Positions 19,035 through 28,490 of a DNA stretch of 48,378 bases are shown piece by piece. Both the position numbers and the translations under genes were made by a program. Source of the DNA: Bacillota bacterium (GTDB lineage: Bacteria > Bacillota > Clostridia > Oscillospirales > Ruminococcaceae); the NCBI GenBank assembly GCA_023429685.1, contig JAEZDF010000045.1, forward strand, positions 1 through 48,378, in the 5' to 3' direction. The notes beneath the pieces are model-generated. The model did no database searches, was not told the origin of the DNA, and worked only from the letters and a program-made list of their open reading frames with translations. Positions within the stretch are counted from its first letter, which is position 1. Every line of letters begins with the position of its first letter.

Positions 19035-19067
19035 TCATCCCATATCTATAAAAATGTACAAAGCAAC

Positions 19068-19099
19068 AAAAAACGCGCCGCCGGTTAATAGGCGACGCG
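19068..19099 (-). terminator. Intrinsic terminator after ptsH
   Basis: cgcgccgcc / ggcgacgcg stem with a U6 tail on the - strand. Confidence 0.6.
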
Positions 19100-19116
19100 C
19101 TTAAGTAAACACTGTA

Positions 19117-19380
19117 TTACTCTGCAAAACCGGATTCAACAAGCTTGAACAGACCCTCGGCAGCCTGTTGTTCATCAGCGCCGTCTGCAATAATTCGGAT
19201 GGTAGTTCCGCCAACAATACCCAAAGAAAGTACACCCAAAAGACTCTTAGCGTTGACCCTGCGTTCTTCCTTCTCTACCCAAATAGATGACTTGTACTCA
19301 TTTGCCTTTTGTATAAAAAACGTAGCAGGACGTGCATGTAAGCCAACCTGATTCTGGACAGTTACATCTTTCACAAACAT
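19117..19380 (-). CDS. ptsH: Phosphocarrier protein HPr
   Basis: GLHARPA (His15) and NAKSLLG (Ser46). Confidence 0.95.
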   Translation of the reverse strand: MFVKDVTVQNQVGLHARPATFFIQKANEYKSSIWVEKEERRVNAKSLLGVLSLGIVGGTTIRIIADGADEQQAAEGLFKLVESGFAE

Positions 19381-19436
19381 AAGCTTTTCCTCTCTTGTGG
19401 CGATTTTCTAACTAGCGACAACCTTATACACTCTAT

Positions 19437-19464
19437 ATTATAGCATAATTGTCTTTTGCGTCAA
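19437..19464 (-). promoter_or_regulatory. sigA promoter of ptsH
   Basis: TTGACG-N16-TATAAT with a TG extension. Confidence 0.65.
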
Positions 19465-19549
19465 CGAAAAACCCGTATAAAGGCGAATTGATGGATAAAT
19501 TCTGCGTGTCTTCCAATAAAGCGATACGTTCAAACTCACAACTTGTGCA

Positions 19550-20275
19550 TTATACCCACATATCTTTCAACAATATCAGCAAGTTATATAGTATTGGTAT
19601 GAGCAGTGCCGGCAGCATCCCTATCGTTCGTATTTTACCGATTTTCATCAGGTTTATTCCGATGCAGATGACAATGGCAAAGCCCACAAGGCACATGGAG
19701 TTGATGACCGGCTCGGTAAAGAAGGTGGTTAACGCTCCGGCACCCATGCTGATTGCCCCTTGGTACAACAGCACGGGGATAAACGAGAACAATACGCCAA
19801 TCCCCAATGTGGCGGTCAGCACCACTGCGCTGATGCCGTCCAGCGCGCTTTTTATGTATAGAATGGTGCGGTCGCCGAGCAGTGCGTCGTTAAACGAGCC
19901 GACAATCGACATTGCACCCACGCAGTACAGCATCGAGGCGGCGATAAGCCCCTTGGAAAAGCCCTCGCTGCCGATCTTTTTTTCCAGCCGAAGCCCCGCG
20001 TCGGTCAGACGTTCTTCCAGGCGCAGACCCTCGCCGATGACGGTGCCCACAACAAGGCTTATAATCAATAGCATCGTGCCGTCGGTGGAAATTTTACCAT
20101 TGTCCCCCACGGTCATCATCGATGTCATAACACCCGAGATGCCCACAACCATTACCGCCAGTCCCACCGCAACCTGAATGCTCTCGCTGATGCGCTGCGG
20201 TATGCCTTTTTTGAGCAGGAGCCCAACCAGTGCGCCTATCACAATCGCTGCGGCATTAACCAGTGTTCCTATCAT
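19550..20275 (-). CDS. DUF554 family membrane protein (YdfK/YqgA-like)
   Basis: MIGTLVN, YCVGAMSIVGS, KSALDG motifs; multi-TM. Confidence 0.85.
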   Translation of the reverse strand: MIGTLVNAAAIVIGALVGLLLKKGIPQRISESIQVAVGLAVMVVGISGVMTSMMTVGDNGKISTDGTMLLIISLVVGTVIGEGLRLEERLTDAGLRLEKKIGSEGFSKGLIAASMLYCVGAMSIVGSFNDALLGDRTILYIKSALDGISAVVLTATLGIGVLFSFIPVLLYQGAISMGAGALTTFFTEPVINSMCLVGFAIVICIGINLMKIGKIRTIGMLPALLIPILYNLLILLKDMWV

Positions 20276-20342
20276 CGTTGTCCAAGCCTTTCCCCCTGTG
20301 CCCCACCCACTGCGCGGCACAATAGATTAAAAATAAGTGACG

Positions 20343-21086
20343 CTATCCCTCATCGGGCTGAGAAAGCGATTTTAAAAACGCAAGGTCGTATTTATCAAGC
20401 TGCGCGGCTTCAAGCATATCGCGTCGTTTGTTGTAGGTGTTTTCAATCATCCGCTCGCGCCGCCAGCGGTCGATATTGGCATGGTGCCCCGAAATTAGCA
20501 CATCGGGAACCGTCATGCCCTCCCACTCGGGGGGACGGGTATACTGGGGGTATTCCAAAAGCCCCGCATAGTGGCTTTCGCGCTCGAAGCACTCGTCGTT
20601 TGTCAGCACGCCGTCACACATGCGCGCCACCGCGTCCACCAGCACAAGCGCTGGAAGCTCGCCACCTGTAAGCACGTAGTCGCCGATGGATATCTCCTCA
20701 TCCACAATCTTATCGATGATGCGCTGGTCTACGCCCTCGTAGTGCCCGCACAGGATAAACAACGAACAGTCCATACGCGACAGCTCTACGGCGCGCTGCT
20801 GTGTTAAGGGCCTGCCCTGGGGCGACATGTAGATTACATGCGGCTTTTTTGGCAGCATGTCACACACGGCAAGGTAACAGCGGTAGATTGGCTCCGCCTG
20901 CATGAGCATACCCATACCACCGCCGTAGGGAGAATCGTCCACACGGCGGTGCTTGTCCTGCGTATAGGCGCGAATATCGTGACAATGACATTCCATCGCG
21001 CCAGAGCGGATGGCACGACCTGTGATGCTCTCGTTTACCACCGTTTCGCACATGGCGGGAAACAGCGTGGCAAGATCAAAGCGCAT
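20343..21086 (-). CDS. trmD: tRNA (guanine37-N1)-methyltransferase
   Basis: VDDSPYGGG, SPQG, CGHYEGVDQR, SIGDYVLTGGE, YPQYTRP. Alternative start at 21101. Confidence 0.97.
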   Translation of the reverse strand: MRFDLATLFPAMCETVVNESITGRAIRSGAMECHCHDIRAYTQDKHRRVDDSPYGGGMGMLMQAEPIYRCYLAVCDMLPKKPHVIYMSPQGRPLTQQRAVELSRMDCSLFILCGHYEGVDQRIIDKIVDEEISIGDYVLTGGELPALVLVDAVARMCDGVLTNDECFERESHYAGLLEYPQYTRPPEWEGMTVPDVLISGHHANIDRWRRERMIENTYNKRRDMLEAAQLDKYDLAFLKSLSQPDEG

Positions 21087-21108
21087 ATCCGGGTTCACCA
21101 TCCTTTTG

Positions 21109-21624
21109 TTATTCTTCTTCCGGATGAAACAGACCCGGAATCGGGCGAATCGAAATCACGCTGGCGTCGGGGTCGGTGTGAATAATCACCTGCGGGATTG
21201 CGGGGATCAGATGCTCCTCGTTGCCGTTTTTAATCACATACACATCGTTTGCACCCGTCTGCAACACGTCGGTCAATATGCCATACTCCTCGGCGGTATC
21301 GGCATCCACTACCTTTGCACCGATGATGTCCTGCACAAAGAATTCGTCCTTGCCAAGCTTTGCATCGTCACGGTTTAGGTAGAGCGTCTTTTTGCGAAGC
21401 AGCGATGCCTGCTCAATGGTGTCGATACCCGCAAGCTTTAAGATGACAATATTCTTATGCACCCGCGCGCGCTCTACGGTAAGCTGCTGCTCGCCCTTTT
21501 TTAGGTACACCCTTTTCAGGGATGCCAAAAAATCGGGACCGTCGCACCATGGGTAGACGCGTACCTCGCCGGTGATTCCATGGGTGGTAACCACCTCGCC
21601 GCATTCCAAAAACTGTTTCTTCAT
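21109..21624 (-). CDS. rimM: Ribosome maturation factor RimM
   Basis: THGITGEV, GANDVY, LIPAI; position between khpA and trmD. Confidence 0.95.
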   Translation of the reverse strand: MKKQFLECGEVVTTHGITGEVRVYPWCDGPDFLASLKRVYLKKGEQQLTVERARVHKNIVILKLAGIDTIEQASLLRKKTLYLNRDDAKLGKDEFFVQDIIGAKVVDADTAEEYGILTDVLQTGANDVYVIKNGNEEHLIPAIPQVIIHTDPDASVISIRPIPGLFHPEEE

Positions 21625-21777
21625 CGTATTCACTCGGGGCTGTGCCCCGCCATCCTTTTAGGTTAATCGTCTGTCGTCATTGTGCCACGCAAAGCACGGG
21701 GAAAGCACCCCGCCTCCCCCGTATATGCAACCCATCCGCGCGTACACGAATGGGCTTGACAGTATGTCTGCGACGCG

Positions 21778-22011
21778 CTAGTCGATCTCAACCGCGACCT
21801 TGTCGCCCGTGCGGCTTGCCGACGCGCGCATCACGGTGCGGATTGCCTTGGCAATTCTGCCCTGCTTGCCGATAACGCGCCCCATATCCTCGGGACCGAC
21901 GTGCAGGTGGTAAACCACCAAGCCCTCGGCGTCCGGCTCGTCTACCGTAACGCTAACCGCGGTTTTATCCTCAACAAGCCCGGAGGCCAGTGTGATAAGC
22001 AGTTTTTCCAT
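21778..22011 (-). CDS. khpA: KH domain RNA-binding protein KhpA (YlqC)
   Basis: DMGRVIGKQGRIAKAIR; follows rpsP. Confidence 0.93.
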   Translation of the reverse strand: MEKLLITLASGLVEDKTAVSVTVDEPDAEGLVVYHLHVGPEDMGRVIGKQGRIAKAIRTVMRASASRTGDKVAVEID

Positions 22012-22122
22012 GCTAACAGACCTGCCTTTCCGGCTTTACGTTACCATGCGTAAAGCCAATTACATGCGCTGTGTGCCAGAAATAGGGGTTTCATCGCAGC
22101 GCACTGTATCAGGGGCTAAAAA

Positions 22123-22362
22123 TTACTTGCCAATTCTTTTGAGCAGCGCCTTAACGGTATCGGTGGGCTGGGCGCCGTTCTTCATCCACTGGTCAACCTT
22201 TTCGGTGTCAACCTTGATGACAGAGGGCTCCTTGGTGGGATCGTAGTAGCCAAGCTCTTCGATAAAGCGGCCGTCACGGGGATACCTGGAATCTGCAACT
22301 ACTATGCGGTAAAACGGAGCCTTCTTTGCTCCCATTCTGCGAAGTCTGATTTTAACTGCCAT
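22123..22362 (-). CDS. rpsP: 30S ribosomal protein S16
   Basis: [34 protein letters not shown]. Confidence 0.99.
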   Translation of the reverse strand: MAVKIRLRRMGAKKAPFYRIVVADSRYPRDGRFIEELGYYDPTKEPSVIKVDTEKVDQWMKNGAQPTDTVKALLKRIGK

Positions 22363-22441
22363 TGTGTAATTCCTCCAAAAAATCGATTCATAAAATATAT
22401 GTGGAACGCCGCGACTGCGACGTGACCAACCTGGTATTATG

Positions 22442-23800
22442 CTAGAACGGGAATCCGCCGCCGGGCATCATGCCGCCCATGCCGCCCATGCCGCCGAATT
22501 GACCCTTGCGCTTGCCGGGGCGTGAGAACTGCTTGACCATCTTCTGCATCTGCTCGAACTGACGAAGCAGCATGTTCACATCCTGCACCGTCGTACCGCT
22601 GCCCGCCGCGATGCGGCGTTTGCGGGATGGGTTGATAGCAGAAGGCTTTTCGCGCTCCTTTGCCGTCATAGAGGAGATTATCGCATCGATGCGGGCAAGG
22701 CGACTTTCGTCGATGTCGTCGGGCGAAATCTTGTTGCCACCGGGCAGCATCGAGAGTACCTGTTGCATCGAGCCCATCTTCTTCATCTGCTGCATCTGGT
22801 CGCGCAGGTCGTTTAAATCAAACTGGTTTTTCTTTAGCTTCTCCGCCATCTTTTCGGCGTCGCGGTCGCTTACCTCGGTAGACGCCTTTTCGATGAGTGT
22901 GAGCATATCGCCCATGCCAAGAATTCTCGACGCCATGCGGTCGGGGTGAAACGCCTCGATATCGTCAAGCTTTTCTCCGATGCCCGCAAACATAATGGGC
23001 TTGCCGGTAACCGCCTTGACCGAAAGCGCCGCGCCGCCGCGGGTGTCGCCATCGAGCTTTGTTAGGATAACGCCGTCGATGCCCAGTGTGTCGTCAAAGG
23101 ATTTTGCGACGTTGACGGCATCCTGTCCGGTCATCGAGTCTACCACCAGAAGGATATCGGTGGGTTCAACCGCCTTTTTGATGTCGGTCAACTCGCCCAT
23201 CAGCGTCTCGTCAATGTGCAGACGACCGGCGGTATCCAAAATCACATAATCGTTGCCGTAATCGCGCGCGTGGGAGAGCGCCTTTTTTGCGATGGCAACC
23301 GGCTTTGCGGTACCCATCTCAAACACCGGCACGCCCGCCTTTTCGCCGACTACCTTAAGCTGGTCTATCGCGGCGGGGCGGTAGATATCGCATGCCACAA
23401 GCAGCGGGCGGTGCCCCTGCTTCTTTAGCAGCTTTGCAAGCTTTGCGCTGTGGGTAGTTTTACCGGCACCCTGCAAGCCGCACATCATAATGATGGAGGG
23501 CGGGCGTTTTGCATTTTTAAGCCTTGCCTCGCCGCCGCCCATTAAGGCGGTAAGCTCCTCGTTAACTATCTTGATAACCTGCTGCGCGGGGGTTAAGCTT
23601 TCGAGCACCTGCGCGCCGACTGCGCGCTCGCTGACCGAAGCTACAAAGTCCTTTGCCACCTTATAGCTTACATCCGCCTCGAGCAGGGCAAGGCGCACCT
23701 CGCGCATCGCTTCTTTAATGTCCGCCTCCGACAGCTTGCCCTTGGAACGCAGCCGTTTGAACGCCGCGGACAGTTTATCCGATAATCCCTCAAATGCCAA
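22442..23800 (-). CDS. ffh: Signal recognition particle protein Ffh
   Basis: [24 protein letters not shown], Met-rich M domain with RIAAGSG. Confidence 0.98.
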   Translation of the reverse strand: MAFEGLSDKLSAAFKRLRSKGKLSEADIKEAMREVRLALLEADVSYKVAKDFVASVSERAVGAQVLESLTPAQQVIKIVNEELTALMGGGEARLKNAKRPPSIIMMCGLQGAGKTTHSAKLAKLLKKQGHRPLLVACDIYRPAAIDQLKVVGEKAGVPVFEMGTAKPVAIAKKALSHARDYGNDYVILDTAGRLHIDETLMGELTDIKKAVEPTDILLVVDSMTGQDAVNVAKSFDDTLGIDGVILTKLDGDTRGGAALSVKAVTGKPIMFAGIGEKLDDIEAFHPDRMASRILGMGDMLTLIEKASTEVSDRDAEKMAEKLKKNQFDLNDLRDQMQQMKKMGSMQQVLSMLPGGNKISPDDIDESRLARIDAIISSMTAKEREKPSAINPSRKRRIAAGSGTTVQDVNMLLRQFEQMQKMVKQFSRPGKRKGQFGGMGGMGGMMPGGGFPF

Positions 23801-23825
23801 TGTGGGTTCACCTCATCTATCTGTG

Positions 23826-24188
23826 CTACTCCGCAAGGTCGCGGGCAAGGGTGTAGATCTTCTCCGCCGCCTGACCGACCTCATTGAAGTTGCCGTGCCG
23901 TGCGTTGTGCTGCCCGATATACTTTGCGTACTCCATAATCTCACCGAGTGCTTCTTGCACGCGTTTAAAGCGCGCGGCAATCCCCAGCTTCTGCTCAAGC
24001 TCGTTCATCGTGCTTTCGCCGCGTTTGATGCTATCGCGAACGCCCTGACGCGTAATGCCCTCTATCTGCGCAATCTCTGCGAGTGAAAGGTCTTCGTTGT
24101 AGTAAAACTCGATAACCTCGCGCTGCTTTGGGGTCAGCGCATCGCCGTAAAAATCAAGCAAAACAGAAATATCCAGATTCTTTTGCAA
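23826..24188 (-). CDS. ylxM: YlxM (UPF0122) sigma region-4-like HTH protein
   Basis: LLDFYG..LTPKQ..DLSLAEIA..ITRQGVRDSIKR. TTG 24188 with GGAGTGG RBS. Upstream of ffh. Confidence 0.92.
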   Translation of the reverse strand: MQKNLDISVLLDFYGDALTPKQREVIEFYYNEDLSLAEIAQIEGITRQGVRDSIKRGESTMNELEQKLGIAARFKRVQEALGEIMEYAKYIGQHNARHGNFNEVGQAAEKIYTLARDLAE

Positions 24189-24226
24189 ACAAACCACTCC
24201 CCTCGCAGACAGTAGGTTGTGTTGAA

Positions 24227-24292
24227 TGTAAAGCAACTGTCTTTACAGATTCTACTCTAAAAACACAGCTGTGTCAAGTATTTTTCTTTACA
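24227..24292 (-). promoter_or_regulatory. sigA promoter of ylxM-ffh bracketed by two TGT(A/C)AAG-N7-CTTTACA palindromes
   Basis: TTGACA (24277-24272)-N17-TAGAAT (24254-24249). Palindromes at 24227-24247 and 24272-24292. Confidence 0.75.
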
Positions 24293-24373
24293 CAACGTTT
24301 TTTTACGAAAAAAACTACTGTGCATGGTGCTTTGGATAACGATAACCAAAACATCTTGCACAGCAGCCTAATT

Positions 24374-25819
24374 CTATTCGTGCTTAATCGCCTCAAGTGC
24401 GCTAATTTTTACTGCGCGGTTGGCGGGATAAAAGCCGGAGAACAGCCCGACAAAAACCGCAAACGCAAGACCCAGACCCACCAGCCACAGCGGGATGATA
24501 GAGATCTTTACCGCCGTATCGCCCATATAGCCGTACCCAATGCCGCCCATCAACGAGCCTGCCAGTACGTTGTTGAGTATAAACGACCCGAGATAGCTAA
24601 TCCCTATGCCGAACACTCCGCCGAGCAGACCAATGGAGCCTGCCTCGAGCAAAAACAGAGAGCGGATGTTGGAAAGCTTGCAGCCGAGCACCTTCATTAC
24701 GCCAATCTCGCGGGTGCGCTCGTAGATGGACATGACCATGGTGTTGGCAATGCCAAGCGCAGCAACAAGCAGCGAGATGCCGCCCAGACTGCCCAGAATA
24801 ATCTGAATAATCATGGTCTGCTGGCGCATGGGCTCGCGGATATCGTCTGCGCTGTAGGTCTCGAAGCCCAGCGACTTGATATAGTCTGCCACCTCGCCCA
24901 CGTTGTTCATATCGTCTACACGAACCTTCGCATAGTTGTAGCCGGTGTCCTGATTTGGCGTGGTTTTGATATCGTTTACCTTGTTATACAGCGCGTTGAG
25001 TTCCTTTGCAAAATCGATATCAATATAGATGGAGCTCATTGTCTGATAATCCTTGTAATTGCCTTTTAAAACGCCAGTATTGACCATGCGGTACTCGTAC
25101 TTTCGTTGGGGGGTATTGTCTTCTTTATCGTCCTTGTCATCTTTGTCATCGCCGTTTGCGCTCTCGGCAATGGTAACGCTTTTGCCGCCGCCATAATAGA
25201 AATACCCACCGTCACCCTCTTCGTTACGCACCACCGTCATAATAAAACGGTCATTTATGGGGTCTACAAACGGGTCGGGGATGACGCCGTTTGCATCCGG
25301 CTCTGCCCAGCGATAGTCGTTGGGCTTTTTGGGGTTGTAAAACTGATACGCGGCCTGCTCGCCGAACACAATCGCCTGCTTGCCATCCTGTTCGGTGGGC
25401 AGTTTGCCTTTGATTGTTTCATAGCCGAAGTTTGGCAGCTGGTCAAGGTACACGCCCACAAGACCGCCCTGATACTCGTACTTGCCCGAGTACAGCTTAA
25501 TCTGCCCGCTCCACAGGTCAAAAATCGGGGTGACGGCGGACACATGCTCTGCCTTGGCAATATTTGAAAGTACTGCGTCGTCAAGCTTAACCTGCTGAGG
25601 GTTGTTCGGGTCTCCGCCGTAGTTCCACACCTCTATCATGGTGAGGTCCATCATCTGTTCGAGCATTGCGTTTTGCGCCGCGTCCATGCCCACACCGAGG
25701 GAGATGGTGATGATGATGGCGCAGGTTCCGATGACCACACCCATTACGGTGAGCAGTGTGCGCACCCTGCGGCGGAACAGGCTGCGAAAGCACATGGATA
25801 TAACGTCAAATATCCTCAT
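24374..25819 (-). CDS. ABC transporter permease, MacB/FtsX family
   Basis: RTLLTVMGVVIG TM1, large extracytoplasmic domain, GIANTMVMSIYERTREIGVMKVLG, GFYPANRA. Confidence 0.93.
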   Translation of the reverse strand: MRIFDVISMCFRSLFRRRVRTLLTVMGVVIGTCAIIITISLGVGMDAAQNAMLEQMMDLTMIEVWNYGGDPNNPQQVKLDDAVLSNIAKAEHVSAVTPIFDLWSGQIKLYSGKYEYQGGLVGVYLDQLPNFGYETIKGKLPTEQDGKQAIVFGEQAAYQFYNPKKPNDYRWAEPDANGVIPDPFVDPINDRFIMTVVRNEEGDGGYFYYGGGKSVTIAESANGDDKDDKDDKEDNTPQRKYEYRMVNTGVLKGNYKDYQTMSSIYIDIDFAKELNALYNKVNDIKTTPNQDTGYNYAKVRVDDMNNVGEVADYIKSLGFETYSADDIREPMRQQTMIIQIILGSLGGISLLVAALGIANTMVMSIYERTREIGVMKVLGCKLSNIRSLFLLEAGSIGLLGGVFGIGISYLGSFILNNVLAGSLMGGIGYGYMGDTAVKISIIPLWLVGLGLAFAVFVGLFSGFYPANRAVKISALEAIKHE

Positions 25820-27230
25820 CGTCCAGCTCGCTCCTCTTTTTCTTGACCGCCTTTATTACCACCACCGTCACGATAACCGCAACCATTACACCGCCGCCGA
25901 TGATTACCCACATCAGCCACGGTGCCATGCCCTGTGTCTCTTCGAGCATTGGCTCTTCGGGCATCGGATTAAAGGGCGGCTCTTCGTATAAGGGCATCTC
26001 CATGACGTTTACCGTAAAGTCGCGGGTTACTTCGCCCGCTTGGAGCTTCTCGTTTTCGTATGTAAGCACAAACTTCAGTTTCTTTTCGCCCGACACATCA
26101 AACATGATTGGCAGATAGGGCTGGCTCGCCGCCTTGGACGGCTCCAGGCTGCCCACATAGGCGTACGCATGCTCGGTGCCCTCTTCGTCTACCACCTTGA
26201 TCTCGCAGTTGTACAGGGTGCTAAAGCCCGCGTTGATGACCGAGTAGGAAATCTCCTCCTCCGTACCGGGGTAGAGCATATCGGGCAGCTCGACCTTTTG
26301 GATGCGCACCCGCTCCACCGTATCGGTGGGGATAGAGATTGTGATGCTGTCGCCACCAGAAACGGCATTTTGCCCTTCGATGTCGAAGTACTCAAAGGTA
26401 GAGGATATCGCAATATCCTGCACATCGGCCTGCGTACCCGCGCCGAGGAAGAAGTTCATCGACTTTGTGATGGTCTTGCCGGGCTGAATGCTGTCGACAT
26501 AGATGGTATCCGACGCGCTTTTGATTCGCAGGTCGCCCGAGGCCTTAACGGTAAGCACGACGTTGCGGATGGTTTTGCTCGCGCTGGTGTTTTTGAGCGT
26601 AAAGGTTACGGGCACGTCCTTACCCGCCGACGCCTCGCCGTAGGAGTAGCTGTCAACAATCAGGTGCGGCTTGAGGGCGGAGATGGGGGTTAGTTCCTCC
26701 TCATCTTCTGAAGAAGATGAGGATGGTCCACGCAATTCTTTTATGGTGAAGTTCTTACTAAGTGTAAAGTTCCCTGCAACTGAGTGGACTGTAAACGTTA
26801 TGGTATTATCACGCAAAGAGGTTTTAAGCGCCGTGAACTTCACAGGTATGTATTCCATTACAGGATTAGTAATTACCCCATTGGGTTTATATTCTTCGCG
26901 TTTGTCTGTCAATGGAATCCCCAAATAATTGAGTAACTCATTTTTATCGTTTGGTTCCAATGTGCAATCTCCCAAACGAATAACACTGCCCTCGATTGCA
27001 TCAATAATATCTGATGTCCCTAATATGTACACTGTAATATCATATATCAAGTTCGATGTTCCGGTTTTATTATAATCCACCTTGATTATAGATGGGGCTG
27101 CACTTACACCGGGATCCGGGTCATCATCATCAGCCGCATAAACCGATAACACTGGCATAGCCATTAAGCTAACCATCATCATTAAACTCGCCAACAGCGC
27201 CATCCATCTTCTATTTCTGCATCTGTTCAT
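25806..27230 (-). CDS. Membrane-anchored surface protein, COG1361/CARDB-like Ig-fold domains
   Basis: Signal peptide (..VLSVYA), Ser/acidic linker, PHLIVDSY...FTLKNTS..IRNV and VIN.G..LYN beta-sandwich patterns, C-terminal TM plus KKKR. Overlaps both neighbouring genes. Confidence 0.7.
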   Translation of the reverse strand: MNRCRNRRWMALLASLMMMVSLMAMPVLSVYAADDDDPDPGVSAAPSIIKVDYNKTGTSNLIYDITVYILGTSDIIDAIEGSVIRLGDCTLEPNDKNELLNYLGIPLTDKREEYKPNGVITNPVMEYIPVKFTALKTSLRDNTITFTVHSVAGNFTLSKNFTIKELRGPSSSSSEDEEELTPISALKPHLIVDSYSYGEASAGKDVPVTFTLKNTSASKTIRNVVLTVKASGDLRIKSASDTIYVDSIQPGKTITKSMNFFLGAGTQADVQDIAISSTFEYFDIEGQNAVSGGDSITISIPTDTVERVRIQKVELPDMLYPGTEEEISYSVINAGFSTLYNCEIKVVDEEGTEHAYAYVGSLEPSKAASQPYLPIMFDVSGEKKLKFVLTYENEKLQAGEVTRDFTVNVMEMPLYEEPPFNPMPEEPMLEETQGMAPWLMWVIIGGGVMVAVIVTVVVIKAVKKKRSELDDEDI

Positions 27231-28227
27231 TTGTAACCTCTCCCTGCTCGTTTGTGTCGCTTTCGCTTGTATTGTTTGGCTCGGCTTGTACGCCGACGGG
27301 TTGCGTTTGCTTCGCCTTTTTTGAAAACAGCTTAAATAACCCGCGTTTTTCCTTTGGGGTCGCCTGTTCACTGTCGTTTTTAGGCGGCTTTGGCGGCTTT
27401 TTGCGTTTCAGCTTTTTGTTTTGCAGCGCCTCGGCGCGCTTACGTTTGCGCTGTTCGCGCTCCTCGGCTTCCTTTGCCGCTAGCTGCTCTTTTTCTATGG
27501 CAAGCTCGGCAAGCTGGGCGTTTAGCTCGGCACGCTGCTCGGGGGTGACCTTCTGGTCCCGCTCGATTACGCCGTCTATGATATGTATGACGCGGTCTGC
27601 AAACAGGCTAATCTCCTTATCGTGGGTAACAAGGATGAAGGTTTGGTTGTTCTCGCGGCACATCGTGACCATCAGGTTCATGACGTCGAGGGTGGTTTTG
27701 GTGTCGAGGTTTCCCGTAGGCTCGTCCGCAAATACAATCTTTGGTCTTGCCACAAACGCGCGTGCTATGCCCACGCGCTGCTGCTGACCGCCCGACATCT
27801 GTGTCGGTTTGTGCCTTGCCCTGTTTTTTAGCCCCACCTCGGTGAGCATCTTCATCGCAAGGCGGTTGCGTTTTGCCTTGCCAATACCCCGAAACATCAA
27901 GGGCATCGCGACGTTTTCTATCGCGGTGAGCGAGGGCATTAGGTTATACGATTGAAAGATAAACCCGACGTGCTTTTGCCGAAACAGCGCAAGCTTGTTC
28001 TCCGACAGCTTGCCCACATCCGACTTGCCAATCAGTATGGTGCCGCGTGACGGCTTTTCAAGCCCTGCGAGCATATTAAGCAGCGTCGATTTACCCGAAC
28101 CAGAGGTGCCGAGAATGCACAAAATCTCGCCGCGCTCGATAGTGAGGTTGATATCGTTGAGGGCGACTACCTTCTCGTTGCCGATGCGGTAAACCTTGCG
28201 CAAATTATTTATCTGTATAAAGCTCAA
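27211..28227 (-). CDS. ABC transporter ATP-binding protein (LolD/MacB type) with a long charged C-terminal tail
   Basis: GTSGSGKST, MSGGQQQRV, ADEPTGNLD, VTHD. Confidence 0.93.
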   Translation of the reverse strand: MSFIQINNLRKVYRIGNEKVVALNDINLTIERGEILCILGTSGSGKSTLLNMLAGLEKPSRGTILIGKSDVGKLSENKLALFRQKHVGFIFQSYNLMPSLTAIENVAMPLMFRGIGKAKRNRLAMKMLTEVGLKNRARHKPTQMSGGQQQRVGIARAFVARPKIVFADEPTGNLDTKTTLDVMNLMVTMCRENNQTFILVTHDKEISLFADRVIHIIDGVIERDQKVTPEQRAELNAQLAELAIEKEQLAAKEAEEREQRKRKRAEALQNKKLKRKKPPKPPKNDSEQATPKEKRGLFKLFSKKAKQTQPVGVQAEPNNTSESDTNEQGEVTNEQMQK

Positions 28228-28490
28228 GATTTGTTCCTTGTCCTTTCTTTGCGTTTTGCTCCCTGTTGTCCTGTACGGTCTGGGTCGCTTCCCAAACCCG
28301 ATATTATAACAGTGCGCTTAACCGCCCTGTTTATTGCAGTTTTATTCACAAAAAAGTAGAAAAACCACGCTTTTTATTACGGGCATAACATTCTGTATAA
28401 AGACGCTTTGCTAGGCAAGCAAAAACCCGTCATACAACGGCATTTATATGGTATAATTAGGTATGACAACATTGGGAGGGCTGGGGTTTT

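Noticed and set aside
19449..20177. 242-aa + strand ORF
   Set aside because: Antisense shadow of the DUF554 membrane gene.
22455..22497. CATGCCGCC tandem repeats
   Set aside because: They encode the ordinary Gly/Met-rich Ffh tail ([10 protein letters not shown]); not a contingency locus or CRISPR.
24128..25069. 313-aa + strand ORF
   Set aside because: Antisense shadow of the ABC permease; it also crosses the ylxM promoter and has no recognisable motif.
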